This document shows positions 38,271-48,068 of a stretch of 64,000 nucleotides of DNA, in pieces. The stretch is from Bacteroidales bacterium (GTDB taxonomy: Bacteria; Bacteroidota; Bacteroidia; Bacteroidales; GCA-2748055): positions 497 to 64,496 of the forward strand of contig JAOZQY010000003.1 of assembly GCA_029931975.1 (NCBI GenBank), written 5' to 3'. Position numbers and translations under genes: made by a program. The stretch's first letter is position 1. Every line of letters begins with the position of its first letter. A model generated the notes under the pieces. It made no database searches, was not told where the DNA came from, and saw nothing but the letters and a program-made list of their open reading frames with translations.

Positions 38271-38972
38271 ATGCAGGAAAGGAACTTTAATGCAGATGAC
38301 TGTATAGACAATGCGAAATCTGTATTTACTGTACTTACACCCAAAGAGAAGGAATTTCTTAAGCAAAACTATACTTGTGCATTTTACAAGAAAGGCGAGA
38401 TTATTTTCAAGGAGGGAGATAAACCCATAGGCCTTATGATCCTGGCTGAAGGAAAAGTCAAGATATTTAAGGAAGGAGTGGGAGGAAGAGAACAAATTGT
38501 AAGAATGGCCAAACCTGTTGGTTTTATAGGGTACCGGGCTCTGTTCGCAGAAGAGAATCATACAGCCACCGCTGTAGCCATTGAAGATTGTGTTTCATGC
38601 ATTGTCGATAGAGAGAGCGTATTCCGGGTGATGCGCAGCAATGCTGAGCTGAGCATGAGTATTATCCAGTCTTTTGCATCGGAACTGGGATTTTCTCACG
38701 ATCGAACTGTAACACTTACGCAAAAACATATCAGGGGAAGACTTGCCGAATCCCTGGTCTTTCTCAAGGACACGTACGGCTACGAGGATGATGATAAAAC
38801 CATCAAAATATACCTCTCCCGGGAAGATGTGGCCAACCTCTCCAATATGACCACTTCTAATGCCATCCGCACACTTTCAACCTTTGCTCAGGAGGGAGTG
38901 ATCTCAATCGATGGAAGGAAGATAAGGATCCTGGATTTGCCCAAGCTGGAACGCATCAGTGAGCTGGGCTAG
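38271..38972 (+). CDS. Crp/Fnr family transcriptional regulator
   Basis: 233-aa ORF. cNMP-binding beta-roll (FKEGDKPIGLMILAEGKVKIF) and a C-terminal HTH (SREDVANLSNMTTSNAIRTLSTF). Confidence 0.88.
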   Translation: MQERNFNADDCIDNAKSVFTVLTPKEKEFLKQNYTCAFYKKGEIIFKEGDKPIGLMILAEGKVKIFKEGVGGREQIVRMAKPVGFIGYRALFAEENHTATAVAIEDCVSCIVDRESVFRVMRSNAELSMSIIQSFASELGFSHDRTVTLTQKHIRGRLAESLVFLKDTYGYEDDDKTIKIYLSREDVANLSNMTTSNAIRTLSTFAQEGVISIDGRKIRILDLPKLERISELG

Positions 38973-38975
38973 GAG

Positions 38976-39890
38976 ATGAAATTCTTAACTTATATTATCT
39001 CCTACAGCTTTCTGTGGCTGCTTCACTTTCTGCCCGATCCTATTCTCTATCTGCTTTCAGACTTCCTTTACCTTCTTATGTACCATGTGGCCGGTTACAG
39101 GAAAAGGGTGGTATATGCAAACCTTGAAAAAGCCTTCCCTGAATATGATAAAAAGGAGATAAGGCGAACGGCAAGGCTTTTCTATCACCACCTTAGTGAT
39201 CTTTTCCTGGAATCGGCAGTTTTCCCTTTCTACTCAGAAACAAAGGCGCTGAATAGAATCACCTATAAAAACCCTGAATTGCTGAATGAATTGCATAGCA
39301 AAGGGAAACAGGTGATAGCCGTTCTGGGCCATTACGGAAACTGGGAGTATCTGTCCACCCTTGGTCTGGCCATTGATTCCCCGGTTGTGGCTATTTATAA
39401 GCCCCTGCATAACAAGTATTTTGACAGGATGGTGCAGAAAAACAGAAATACGTTTGGGGTGATCACCGTTCCCATGGAAAAAATTGCCAGGCGACTGATC
39501 GAATATAAAAAAACCAACACTCCGGTTCTTACCCTCAACCTGAGCGATCAGCGCCCCCTCTATCATCAGATCCAGTACTGGACCAAATTTATGGGGCGCG
39601 ACACCCCAATGTTCCTTGGTACTGAGAAGCTGGCCAGGAAACTGGATGCTGCAGTTGTTTTTTTAAAAATCAGAAAAGTGAAAAGAGGCCGGTATGAAGT
39701 GGAGACCGAACTGATCTGTGAAGGACCAGAAGAACTTAAACCCTTTGAAATCACGGAACGACATGTACATATCCTGGAAGACCAGATCAGGGAAGAACCG
39801 GCCTACTGGCTGTGGTCGCACAAGCGCTGGCAACATTCCTATGAAAAATATAATCAGGAACACGGGAAACAGCATTCTCAGTCTGTATGA
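38976..39890 (+). CDS. lipid A biosynthesis (LpxL/HtrB-type) lysophospholipid acyltransferase
   Basis: 304-aa ORF with an N-terminal membrane anchor, the catalytic motif HYGNWE, and RKRVVYANLEKAFPE typical of the family. Confidence 0.8.
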   Translation: MKFLTYIISYSFLWLLHFLPDPILYLLSDFLYLLMYHVAGYRKRVVYANLEKAFPEYDKKEIRRTARLFYHHLSDLFLESAVFPFYSETKALNRITYKNPELLNELHSKGKQVIAVLGHYGNWEYLSTLGLAIDSPVVAIYKPLHNKYFDRMVQKNRNTFGVITVPMEKIARRLIEYKKTNTPVLTLNLSDQRPLYHQIQYWTKFMGRDTPMFLGTEKLARKLDAAVVFLKIRKVKRGRYEVETELICEGPEELKPFEITERHVHILEDQIREEPAYWLWSHKRWQHSYEKYNQEHGKQHSQSV

Positions 39891-41737
39891 GGGCTGATAA
39901 ACGCAACAACCTCTTTCTGATTCTTCTCAAAGGAGAATAGCTTCTCAACACGTGCTCTGCCCATCTCCCCCATCTTTTCCCTTAGTTCCTTATCTCCTGC
40001 CAGTTCCTGAACTCTGGAAGCCATCTCATCCACTCTGTTTGGCCTGGTAATAAATCCGGTTACACCATGCTCAACAATTTCAACCGAGGATTTGATATCA
40101 AAGGCCACAACAGGCTTCCAGCTTGCCATGGCCTCAGCAATCACATAACCAAAACCTTCAAAGCGGGAAGACAATAAAAAGATATCAATGGAAGAGAAAA
40201 ATGAGGGCATATTCTCAACAAAGCCCAGAAACTCTACCTGCTCGCTCACACCAAGCTTACTGGCCTTTCTCTCCAATGCATTCCGCATCTTTCCTTCTCC
40301 GGCAATAAGAAGTTTATAGCTTCCCTTTTTATCCTTCAGGTATTTCATCGTTTCAAGAAGATGAAGGTGCCCCTTCTCTTCCGATAAGCGACCGGCACAA
40401 CCAAGTACTGTTTCTCCCTCTTTTGCCTGGTAAATCGGCTTTGAATCCCGCTGGTACCTTGCAAGACAAACTCCGTTGTAGATCACTTTGATCTTATCTT
40501 CAGGCACAAGTGTGCTGTTATTTGCCAGAATGGTTCTCCTGGTCTCCTGGGAGTTGGCCATGATCCCGGTCAATACCCTTCTGAAGAGGTAACGGTTCAT
40601 AATGCTGTTCCTTACAGGAATGGCACTGCCTCTTCGATAGAGGATTTTAGGGACTCCTGCCATCTTACCTGCAATGGAGGCAACTTTCATATCACTCGGA
40701 AGATTGGATAGCAGTACCCCCACTTTCTCCTTCCTGAAAATCCGGGCCAGTTTCCATACTTTCAAAGGGTTCAGAAAACTCAGGTTGGAGATTCGTAATT
40801 CATACCCGCTCACATTCATTGCATTCAATTTCAGTGAAAGCGGACTCGCGGGTGAAGAGATGTAGATAAACCTGTGTTCCTTGGTATTAAGACTTGATAT
40901 TATATCGAGATGCCACTTCTCCCCTCCTCCCCAAATACTCTGAGTATTGAAAAAACAGATGGTCTCTTTCCCAACGCGTTTTTCGTCTATATAGATGTTC
41001 CTGAGTTTTACATATTTCAGGAATACCTCATGGGCCGAATTCACACTTACAACAAAGCCGTAATATCCATCCAAAAATCCTCTCAGAAAGATATAATCCT
41101 TTAAGAAACGCCAGAAAGGACGAAAGGTAATCTGCAAAATATTGGCTCTCCTGCCCTGTTCAAAATAGGAACGAGCCAGGATCGAAGAGAATGAATTCAT
41201 CTGCACCAGGTGCTCATTCAGAGAATAATAGGAATAGTGCAGGAGATCTCCCGTCAAATACCTGCTTGAGGCTCCCCGGTTCAAGATGTACGTATCGTGC
41301 GGATTCATACCTCCCCAGCTTCCCATCCTAGAATCCCACAACCTGAGTTTTCTGGAAGGATACCAGCTGGTATGACGGATCCATTTGCCGCAATAGTTGG
41401 TGAGCCGATTAAAGTAGTAAGCATCATGGGTCCAGTTCTCCTTGACCTTAAGGATGGAGGCTTTCAGCTCATCCGAAAGTACCTCATCTGCATCGAGGGA
41501 AAGAATATAGGGAGAACTGGCCTGAAGAATCGCCCAGTTCTTCTGCTGAATATGGCCTGTGAATTTGTGTTTAATAAAAACAGCATTGTACTGACGGCAG
41601 ATCTCTTCTGTCCGGTCGGTGGAGTAAGAGTCCACCACCACAATCTCATCAGCAAGGCCTGATAAAGCGTCGAGACAAGGCCTGATATTACGCTCCTCAT
41701 TAAAGGTAATGATGACTGCTGAGATTTTTATTTTCAT
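39878..41737 (-). CDS. fused glycosyltransferase: N-terminal GT2 plus C-terminal GT4
   Basis: 619-aa ORF. GT2 part: ISAVIITFNEERNI, DSYSTDRT, LDADEV. GT4 part: EGFGYVIAEAMASWKPVVAFD (E-x7-E). Confidence 0.8.
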   Translation of the reverse strand: MKIKISAVIITFNEERNIRPCLDALSGLADEIVVVDSYSTDRTEEICRQYNAVFIKHKFTGHIQQKNWAILQASSPYILSLDADEVLSDELKASILKVKENWTHDAYYFNRLTNYCGKWIRHTSWYPSRKLRLWDSRMGSWGGMNPHDTYILNRGASSRYLTGDLLHYSYYSLNEHLVQMNSFSSILARSYFEQGRRANILQITFRPFWRFLKDYIFLRGFLDGYYGFVVSVNSAHEVFLKYVKLRNIYIDEKRVGKETICFFNTQSIWGGGEKWHLDIISSLNTKEHRFIYISSPASPLSLKLNAMNVSGYELRISNLSFLNPLKVWKLARIFRKEKVGVLLSNLPSDMKVASIAGKMAGVPKILYRRGSAIPVRNSIMNRYLFRRVLTGIMANSQETRRTILANNSTLVPEDKIKVIYNGVCLARYQRDSKPIYQAKEGETVLGCAGRLSEEKGHLHLLETMKYLKDKKGSYKLLIAGEGKMRNALERKASKLGVSEQVEFLGFVENMPSFFSSIDIFLLSSRFEGFGYVIAEAMASWKPVVAFDIKSSVEIVEHGVTGFITRPNRVDEMASRVQELAGDKELREKMGEMGRARVEKLFSFEKNQKEVVAFISPHTD

Positions 41738-41738
41738 C

Positions 41739-44195
41739 TTATTCCTGCAAATATACTCTTTTCACACGCTCCGGAACGGAGGTCAGTATCTCATATGGAA
41801 TTGTTCCCGCCTGTCTGGCCAGTTCAGAAACAGCTTGCTGTTTTCCAAAGAGTTCCACGGTATCCCCTTCAGATGCAGCTATTCCTGTTACATCAATCAT
41901 GGCCATATCCATGCAGATTTCCCCAATGGTAGGTGCAACTTTGCCGTTTACATATACTTTTCCCGCACCATTGCCCAGGCTCCTGTGAAATCCATCGGCA
42001 TAACCAACAGGTATGGTGGCAATGATTCCTTTTCGCTTCATCACCCCACGACGGGAATAACCAACTGTTTCTCCAGCATCAAGCGATCTTAGCTGCGAAA
42101 TGGTGGTCTTAAAAGAACTCACCACCTTAAGCACAGAGCTAAGCCCTATTCCATGCAAGCCAATTCCAAGTCTGACTATTTCATACTGTGCACCAGGGAA
42201 ACGCTCAATACCGGCAGAATTCAGAATGTGTCGTTGAAATGTAAACCCCAGCGCTTCGGTCATCATTGAACATCTTTCGTCAAATCGTCTGATCTGTTCC
42301 TGGGAAAACAGGTCATGATCCTGTTTGTCTGAGGCCACCAGGTGACTGAATACAGAGCTCACCCGCATCTCAGGTTTCTGTAGCCAGGTAAGAAGCTGAT
42401 TCAGCTCTGCTTCATCAAATCCCAGTCGATGCATTCCGGTATCCAGCTTCACATGTATAGGAAATTCCGTGATTCCCCTGTGATGCAGAATCTTATGAAG
42501 TGCTTCTACTCCCCGCAAATTATAGATCTCAGGTTCCAGTCTGAAATCAAGCATGGTTCCAAAACCCGAGGGATCGGGATTCAACACCACGATGGGCAGG
42601 TTGATCCCTGCCTTTCGCAATTCAATGCCCTCATCAATAATTGCAACCGCCAGGTAGTCCACCTGGTGGTATTGCAACAGTTTTGCAATTTCAATATTTC
42701 CACTTCCATAGGAGAGGGCCTTTACCATCACCATGGTCTTCACCCCATCCTTCAGAAGAGACCTGAAATAATTCAGGTTAAATACCATGGCATTCAGATC
42801 TGTTTCGAGCCTTGTCTGGTGGGTCTTCAATTGCAGTTCCCTTGCAATACGCTCGAAACCAAACTTCCTGGATCCCTTAATCAATATGATTTTTCCATTG
42901 AACAGGGTCCTATCCATTCCTTTCAAAAACTCCTCGGTATTAGGATAGAAAAGAGAGGAAGGCAGAAATAAGGATTTCTGCTCAAACAGTGCAGGACCAA
43001 TCCCGATAAAGAGATCAATTTTTTTATTGCTGAGCAAAGACGCAATCCCGGAATAGAGAACCCTGTCCTCCAATCCACTCTGCAAAAGATCCGACAGGAT
43101 AAGCACCCTTCCTGTCTTGCTGTCCTGCTGTCCCATCAGGTCAAGTGCTGCAGCCAATCCTCCCGTATCGGAATTGTAAGTATCATTTATCAGGGTGCTG
43201 CCCATCACTCCCTTGAGTATTTCCAGGCGCATGGACACCGGTTCCAGGCTCCCTATCTGTTCGATGACGAACTTTTCAGGCAAACCCTGCTCAATGGAAT
43301 AAGTAAAAACATGCAGGGCGTTTTCAACAGAAGCATCATCAACAAAAGGCAGTGTGAAGCTGAACTCTTCTCCATGGAGCCTGATTTCTAATGATGTCTG
43401 TGTCTGCGTCCGTCCGCTCACCCTGAACCTGTACCTGGCCTCACCTTCCAGGCTCCAGTCCACAATATCAGCCTGAAGATCCTTCAAATAAGAAGGAAGT
43501 GGCCTGGAGGAGACCTGTATATCGGATCTGCAAATTATTTTTTTACAGCCCTGAAACAGCTTCAGTTTCTCTACGAGTTTCACTTCCACGCTCTCAAAAT
43601 GCTCCTGATGAGCAGTTCCAATATGGGTAAATATCCCTGTATCAGGCTGGATAATTTGATGTAGTTTCACCATTTCTCCGGGACGGGAGATGCCGGCTTC
43701 AATTATGGCCAATTCATGACTTGATTCAATTCCCCATACCGAAAGTGGGACTCCCACCTGACTATTGTAACTTTTGGGGCTCCTGTGAATTCGGATCCTG
43801 TCGCCCAGAACATGGTAGATCCACTCTTTGACAATGGTTTTACCATTGCTGCCGGTAATGGCCAGTACCTCCCCATTAAATTGCTTGCGCCTGGATGAGG
43901 CAATCCCCTGTAATCCAGAGAGGGTATCTTTCACATGGCAAAATCCGGCTTCGGGGAGCTTCGCATAATCCGGAAGAGAGGAGACCAAAAAGGAACGTAT
44001 TCCTCGGCTGTAGAGATCTTCGATATAGTTGTGCCCATTATGCTGGTCTCCAATCAAGGCCACGAAAAGTGTATCCCGGGAGGGAACTAGACTCCTGCTA
44101 TCGATCGAAAGGCTGGTAAAAGAAAGATCTTTCCTGCCATAAAGCTCTCCATCAATAAGCAACGCCATTTCTTCCAATGTCCAACACAGTTCCAT
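41739..44195 (-). CDS. murF: bifunctional UDP-N-acetylmuramoyl-tripeptide--D-alanyl-D-alanine ligase / alanine racemase
   Basis: 818-aa ORF. MurF half with ITGSNGKT. Alr half with PLP-lysine context VMVKALSYGSG and a C-terminal beta domain. This fusion is a standard Bacteroidota architecture. Confidence 0.92.
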   Translation of the reverse strand: MELCWTLEEMALLIDGELYGRKDLSFTSLSIDSRSLVPSRDTLFVALIGDQHNGHNYIEDLYSRGIRSFLVSSLPDYAKLPEAGFCHVKDTLSGLQGIASSRRKQFNGEVLAITGSNGKTIVKEWIYHVLGDRIRIHRSPKSYNSQVGVPLSVWGIESSHELAIIEAGISRPGEMVKLHQIIQPDTGIFTHIGTAHQEHFESVEVKLVEKLKLFQGCKKIICRSDIQVSSRPLPSYLKDLQADIVDWSLEGEARYRFRVSGRTQTQTSLEIRLHGEEFSFTLPFVDDASVENALHVFTYSIEQGLPEKFVIEQIGSLEPVSMRLEILKGVMGSTLINDTYNSDTGGLAAALDLMGQQDSKTGRVLILSDLLQSGLEDRVLYSGIASLLSNKKIDLFIGIGPALFEQKSLFLPSSLFYPNTEEFLKGMDRTLFNGKIILIKGSRKFGFERIARELQLKTHQTRLETDLNAMVFNLNYFRSLLKDGVKTMVMVKALSYGSGNIEIAKLLQYHQVDYLAVAIIDEGIELRKAGINLPIVVLNPDPSGFGTMLDFRLEPEIYNLRGVEALHKILHHRGITEFPIHVKLDTGMHRLGFDEAELNQLLTWLQKPEMRVSSVFSHLVASDKQDHDLFSQEQIRRFDERCSMMTEALGFTFQRHILNSAGIERFPGAQYEIVRLGIGLHGIGLSSVLKVVSSFKTTISQLRSLDAGETVGYSRRGVMKRKGIIATIPVGYADGFHRSLGNGAGKVYVNGKVAPTIGEICMDMAMIDVTGIAASEGDTVELFGKQQAVSELARQAGTIPYEILTSVPERVKRVYLQE

Positions 44196-44201
44196 GAATC
44201 G

Positions 44202-44783
44202 TTATCCTCCGGATTTGGCTTTTGCATAGCACACCCTGCACAGGGGTTCATAAATATCAGTTTCTCCCAGCACGATCAGCTTTTCATCTTCAGACATTCT
44301 GTGGGTATAGTTTGCCAGATTGCCGCATTTAACGCAGATGGCGTGAACCTTGCTTACATATTCGGCAATGGACATCAAGGCAGGGATGGGACCGAATGGG
44401 ACCCCTTTATAATCCATGTCCAGCCCAGCAATAATAACCCTTATTCCGTTATACGCCAGCTGGTTACAAACTTCGACAAGCCCGTCATCAAAAAACTGGG
44501 CTTCATCGATTCCGACCACCTCGACCCCACTTGCCAGCAAAAGTATATTTGCTGATGAATCGACCGGTGTGCTATGTATGGCATTTTCATCATGTGAGAC
44601 CACTTCCTCCACAGAATATCTTACTTCTATTCGTGGTTTAAATATCTCCACTTTCTGCTTTGCGAACCTGGCTCTCTTCATTCGCCGGATCAACTCCTCT
44701 GTCTTTCCTGAAAACATAGATCCGGTGATGACCTCGATCCACCCACGACCGCTGGCACTACCTGTTGTATTTTCAAGAAACAT
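44202..44783 (-). CDS. tdk: thymidine kinase
   Basis: 193-aa ORF with P-loop [19 protein letters not shown], and zinc ligands CVKCG...CRVCY. Confidence 0.93.
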   Translation of the reverse strand: MFLENTTGSASGRGWIEVITGSMFSGKTEELIRRMKRARFAKQKVEIFKPRIEVRYSVEEVVSHDENAIHSTPVDSSANILLLASGVEVVGIDEAQFFDDGLVEVCNQLAYNGIRVIIAGLDMDYKGVPFGPIPALMSIAEYVSKVHAICVKCGNLANYTHRMSEDEKLIVLGETDIYEPLCRVCYAKAKSGG

Positions 44784-44810
44784 GATACAAGATTATAAGA
44801 AGATTATCGT

Positions 44811-44818
44811 TAGTTTTG
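44811..44818 (+). promoter_or_regulatory. putative -7 promoter box TAGTTTTG
   Basis: Exact TAnnTTTG match, 31 nt upstream of the ATG at 44850. Confidence 0.4.
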
Positions 44819-44849
44819 TAATATCCCTGTACAAAAATCACAGCTCATC

Positions 44850-45512
44850 ATGGAGATAAAATACACCATTGAAATCCTGACTAAAGATATACAAGATATC
44901 GAAAAACTGGTGGGGAACCTTAAGAATTCTAAGGGTGATTCGACCATTGAACTTGACCTGGCATTATCAAAACTCAGAAATGTTTATGAGATTCTAACCA
45001 TGATCAAAGCCGACCGTCTCAATGAACTGGTAAGTGAAATGCGAAAACAGGGTCACTCTGCCGCCAAACCAGCACCTGCCGCTGTACCGGATCCTTTGCC
45101 TGCTCCGGAGCCGGAGCCGGAGACTGCTCCTGTTTCTGTTGCTGAGCCAGACGCCTTAACCCCTTCCTCTGGCGATCCTGAAGAATCCACCATCCTGGCT
45201 GAAAAATTCTCGGCAGAATCCAGTATAAATGAAAATCTTGCCGGGAAGCGAGGCAAGGATATTGATGCAAAATTAATGGGCCAGGCCATCGAAAACATCA
45301 GCCGCAACATTGGGATCAATGACCGCTTCTTAATCATAAGGGAGATTTTTAATGGAGATGAGGATCGCTTCAAAAAGCTTATAAGCTCCCTCGATAGTGC
45401 AGAAAACTACGAGGCAGCGGCCGGAATCCTGGAAGAACAACTTGCCAGCCATATGGAACATGAAGGGCTTGATATCCTTTCAGGACTGGTCAAAAGAAGG
45501 TTTATCCGATAA
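44850..45512 (+). CDS. hypothetical protein with Pro/Ala/Glu-rich linker
   Basis: 220-aa ORF. Helical N- and C-terminal parts joined by PAPAAVPDPLPAPEPEPETAP, which includes (CCGGAG)x3 at 45105-45122. No family recognised. Confidence 0.6.
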   Translation: MEIKYTIEILTKDIQDIEKLVGNLKNSKGDSTIELDLALSKLRNVYEILTMIKADRLNELVSEMRKQGHSAAKPAPAAVPDPLPAPEPEPETAPVSVAEPDALTPSSGDPEESTILAEKFSAESSINENLAGKRGKDIDAKLMGQAIENISRNIGINDRFLIIREIFNGDEDRFKKLISSLDSAENYEAAAGILEEQLASHMEHEGLDILSGLVKRRFIR

Positions 45513-45516
45513 TCTG

Positions 45517-46191
45517 ATGTCAAAGCTTTACCTGGTCCCAACACCCATCGGAAACCTGGGTGATATCACCCTCAGAGCCATTGAGGTACTAAAGGATGTA
45601 GATCTTATACTGGCAGAGGATACACGTAAATCCGGAATCCTTCTGAAGCATTTCCAAATCAGCAAACCGCTTCATTCACATCATAAGTTCAATGAGCATC
45701 GGACCATTGAATCTCTTTTACAGCGTCTGCTTGGCGGAACAAGTATTGCCCTGGTTACCGATGCTGGCACTCCGGGTATTTCGGATCCGGGATTCCTCCT
45801 GGTCAGGGCATGCATTGAACAGGGAATTGAAGTAGAATCGCTTCCCGGACCAACCGCATTTGTCCCTGCACTGGTAAATTCGGGGCTTCCATGCGAGAAG
45901 TTTGTTTTTGAAGGTTTCCTTCCGCAAAAAAAAGGCCGACACAAGCGTCTCACAGAACTTTCCTCTGAAAGCCGAACCATGATTTTCTATGAATCACCCT
46001 ACAGGCTGGTGAAAACATTGACCCAACTTGCCGAATATTTTGGACCGGAAAGAAAAGGATCGGTCTCCAGGGAACTCACAAAAATTCACGAGGAAAACGC
46101 CAGGGGAAGCTTGCAGGAACTAGCTCAGCACTTCAGCCAGGGAAGCGTTAAAGGTGAGATTGTAATTGTGGTGGAAGGATCCGGGAATTAA
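45517..46191 (+). CDS. rsmI: 16S rRNA (cytidine1402-2'-O)-methyltransferase RsmI
   Basis: Starts MSKLYLVPTPIGNLGDITLRAIEVL, the RsmI consensus, followed by AEDTR. The track ORF from 45397 is an out-of-context extension overlapping the previous gene. Confidence 0.92.
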   Translation: MSKLYLVPTPIGNLGDITLRAIEVLKDVDLILAEDTRKSGILLKHFQISKPLHSHHKFNEHRTIESLLQRLLGGTSIALVTDAGTPGISDPGFLLVRACIEQGIEVESLPGPTAFVPALVNSGLPCEKFVFEGFLPQKKGRHKRLTELSSESRTMIFYESPYRLVKTLTQLAEYFGPERKGSVSRELTKIHEENARGSLQELAQHFSQGSVKGEIVIVVEGSGN

Positions 46192-46433
46192 TAAGATCTT
46201 AGGCTTCCGGAACCTGTAATCCTGGTAGAGACCAGAGGATTGCCCCTGTAAATAATATCACCCGATCCTGTAATTCAGTTATATCATATTTTAACACCTG
46301 ATAAACCACACATATCTGGCTATCATTCTGCATCTTATAACATTTGGTGTAGGATATGAAATATACCAGGCAGACACCTGAACAATAGAACCAGGGGCTA
46401 CTTCCTTTGGATCGCCACTGCTCTTCTCCGTGA

Positions 46434-47942
46434 TTAAAAGGGTGTCGGTCCGTCAAATCCGTTATTTGTCCCAATATCACTATTGGTCATTCCTCCGGCT
46501 TCCTCCTGGTTCATTTTGGATGAGACCGTAAACCCATTGTCATCAACCATTGCCAGGTTGTCATCCATATCCACGAACTTGGCAAATTCCCGTACAAATT
46601 TAAGATGTACATCACCTGTTGCCCCGTTCCTGTGTTTGGCAATAATGATCTCTGCCACCCCTTTCAGTGAGTTGCCCTCCTCATCCACATCAATCCCGTA
46701 GTATTCGGGACGGTGAATAAAAAGAACCAGGTCGGCATCCTGTTCAATGGCGCCTGACTCACGCAGGTCAGAGAGTTGGGGACGTTTGTTCCCGGATCGC
46801 ATCTCCACACTTCGGTTCAATTGCGATAGTGCAATAATGGGAACATCCAGTTCTTTGGCGATACTCTTCAGTGAACGGGAGATATTACTTACTTCCTGCT
46901 CACGGCTGCCCGAATCTTTTGAACCGGTCATCAGCTGAAGATAATCAATAACGATTGCCTGAATATCATACTTTTGTTTTAACCTCCTGCATTTGGCCCG
47001 GAATTCGAATATAGAGAGGGCCGGGGTATCGTCCACATAGATGGGTGCCTGCTCCAGATCCTTGATCTTATACTCCAGTTGCTCCCACTCATAATTTTCC
47101 AGTCGCCCTGTCCGTATCTTGTCTGAAGCCAGTTGCGTTTCCCCAATGATCAGCCTGTTCACCAGCTGGATGGAGGACATTTCCAGGGAGAAAAAAGCCA
47201 CCGGCCGGCTATGATCCACCGCCATATTTCTGGCCATGGAGAGCACAAAAGCTGTTTTTCCCATGGAGGGACGGGCAGCAAGAATCACCAGGTCCGATTT
47301 TTGCCATCCTGAGGTAAGCCTGTCGAGACTTGTAAATCCCGAGGGTACCCCACTCAAACTGTCCTTTCTTTTTCCTGCCTCTTCGATCTGCTCAAGGGCT
47401 GTTTTTATGAGGTTATTAAGCTTAACAGTCTCCTTCTTGATGTGTCCCTCTGCAATATTCAGCAGCTCTCGCTCTGAAAAATCCAACAGGTCATCTACAT
47501 CCGAACTTTCATTAAAAGCGCGCTCCTGGATTTCGGAAGAGACACGGATCAACTCGCGTTGAATATATTTCTGCGCCACAATGCGGGCATGATACTCCAG
47601 GTGAGCTGCCGATCCAACTCGTGAGGTCAGCTGTGAGATATAGACCGCACCTCCAACAGCCTCAAGCAAATCCGTTTTCCTGAGCTCCTCTGTAACAGTC
47701 AGCAAGTCAATGGGCTTCTCAGCCGAAGAAAGTGACTGTGCCACTTCAAAGATTCGCTGATGCGACTCCTTGTAAAAACTGCTTGGCTCAAGAATATCCA
47801 GGACGGAAAGAAGTGCATCTCTTTCAAGCATGATGGCACCAAGCACAGCCTCTTCCAGATCAAGGGCCTGAGGGGGTATTTTTCCATAGTCCATTACAAT
47901 GGCTGGATTCTTCTTCGAAGTGCTATACTGTTGTTTGGCCAT
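46434..47942 (-). CDS. dnaB: replicative DNA helicase DnaB
   Basis: Starts MAKQQYSTSKK...PPQALDLEEAVLGAIML. Walker A ARPSMGKTAF, and IALSQLNR. The track ORF start at 47978 is 12 codons further upstream. Confidence 0.95.
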   Translation of the reverse strand: MAKQQYSTSKKNPAIVMDYGKIPPQALDLEEAVLGAIMLERDALLSVLDILEPSSFYKESHQRIFEVAQSLSSAEKPIDLLTVTEELRKTDLLEAVGGAVYISQLTSRVGSAAHLEYHARIVAQKYIQRELIRVSSEIQERAFNESSDVDDLLDFSERELLNIAEGHIKKETVKLNNLIKTALEQIEEAGKRKDSLSGVPSGFTSLDRLTSGWQKSDLVILAARPSMGKTAFVLSMARNMAVDHSRPVAFFSLEMSSIQLVNRLIIGETQLASDKIRTGRLENYEWEQLEYKIKDLEQAPIYVDDTPALSIFEFRAKCRRLKQKYDIQAIVIDYLQLMTGSKDSGSREQEVSNISRSLKSIAKELDVPIIALSQLNRSVEMRSGNKRPQLSDLRESGAIEQDADLVLFIHRPEYYGIDVDEEGNSLKGVAEIIIAKHRNGATGDVHLKFVREFAKFVDMDDNLAMVDDNGFTVSSKMNQEEAGGMTNSDIGTNNGFDGPTPF

Positions 47943-48005
47943 GAAAGTCAAATTTGGGCTGTAAAGGTAAGAAACCACCCTTAGAGGCAGTTTGCTCCTC
48001 TTACT

Positions 48006-48013
48006 TACTTTTG
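48006..48013 (+). promoter_or_regulatory. putative -7 promoter box TACTTTTG for ispE
   Basis: Exact TAnnTTTG match, 55 nt upstream of the ATG at 48069. Same CTTACTTTTGCAC context as the rpmH box. Confidence 0.35.
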
Positions 48014-48068
48014 CACAGAGCCCCCAAAGTTTTAATTAACAAATGTTGAAAAATGCAATATCTTTATA

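Noticed and set aside
45105-45122. (CCGGAG)x3 tandem hexamer.
   Set aside because: It lies in frame within a Pro/Glu-rich linker (PEPEPE) of the hypothetical protein. It is coding low complexity rather than a regulatory repeat.
46199-46480. 93-aa minus-strand ORF in the rsmI-dnaB spacer.
   Set aside because: It overlaps the dnaB 3-prime end out of frame, has Cys/Tyr-rich odd composition, and has no promoter box or recognisable motif. It is likely spurious; the spacer itself is reported separately.
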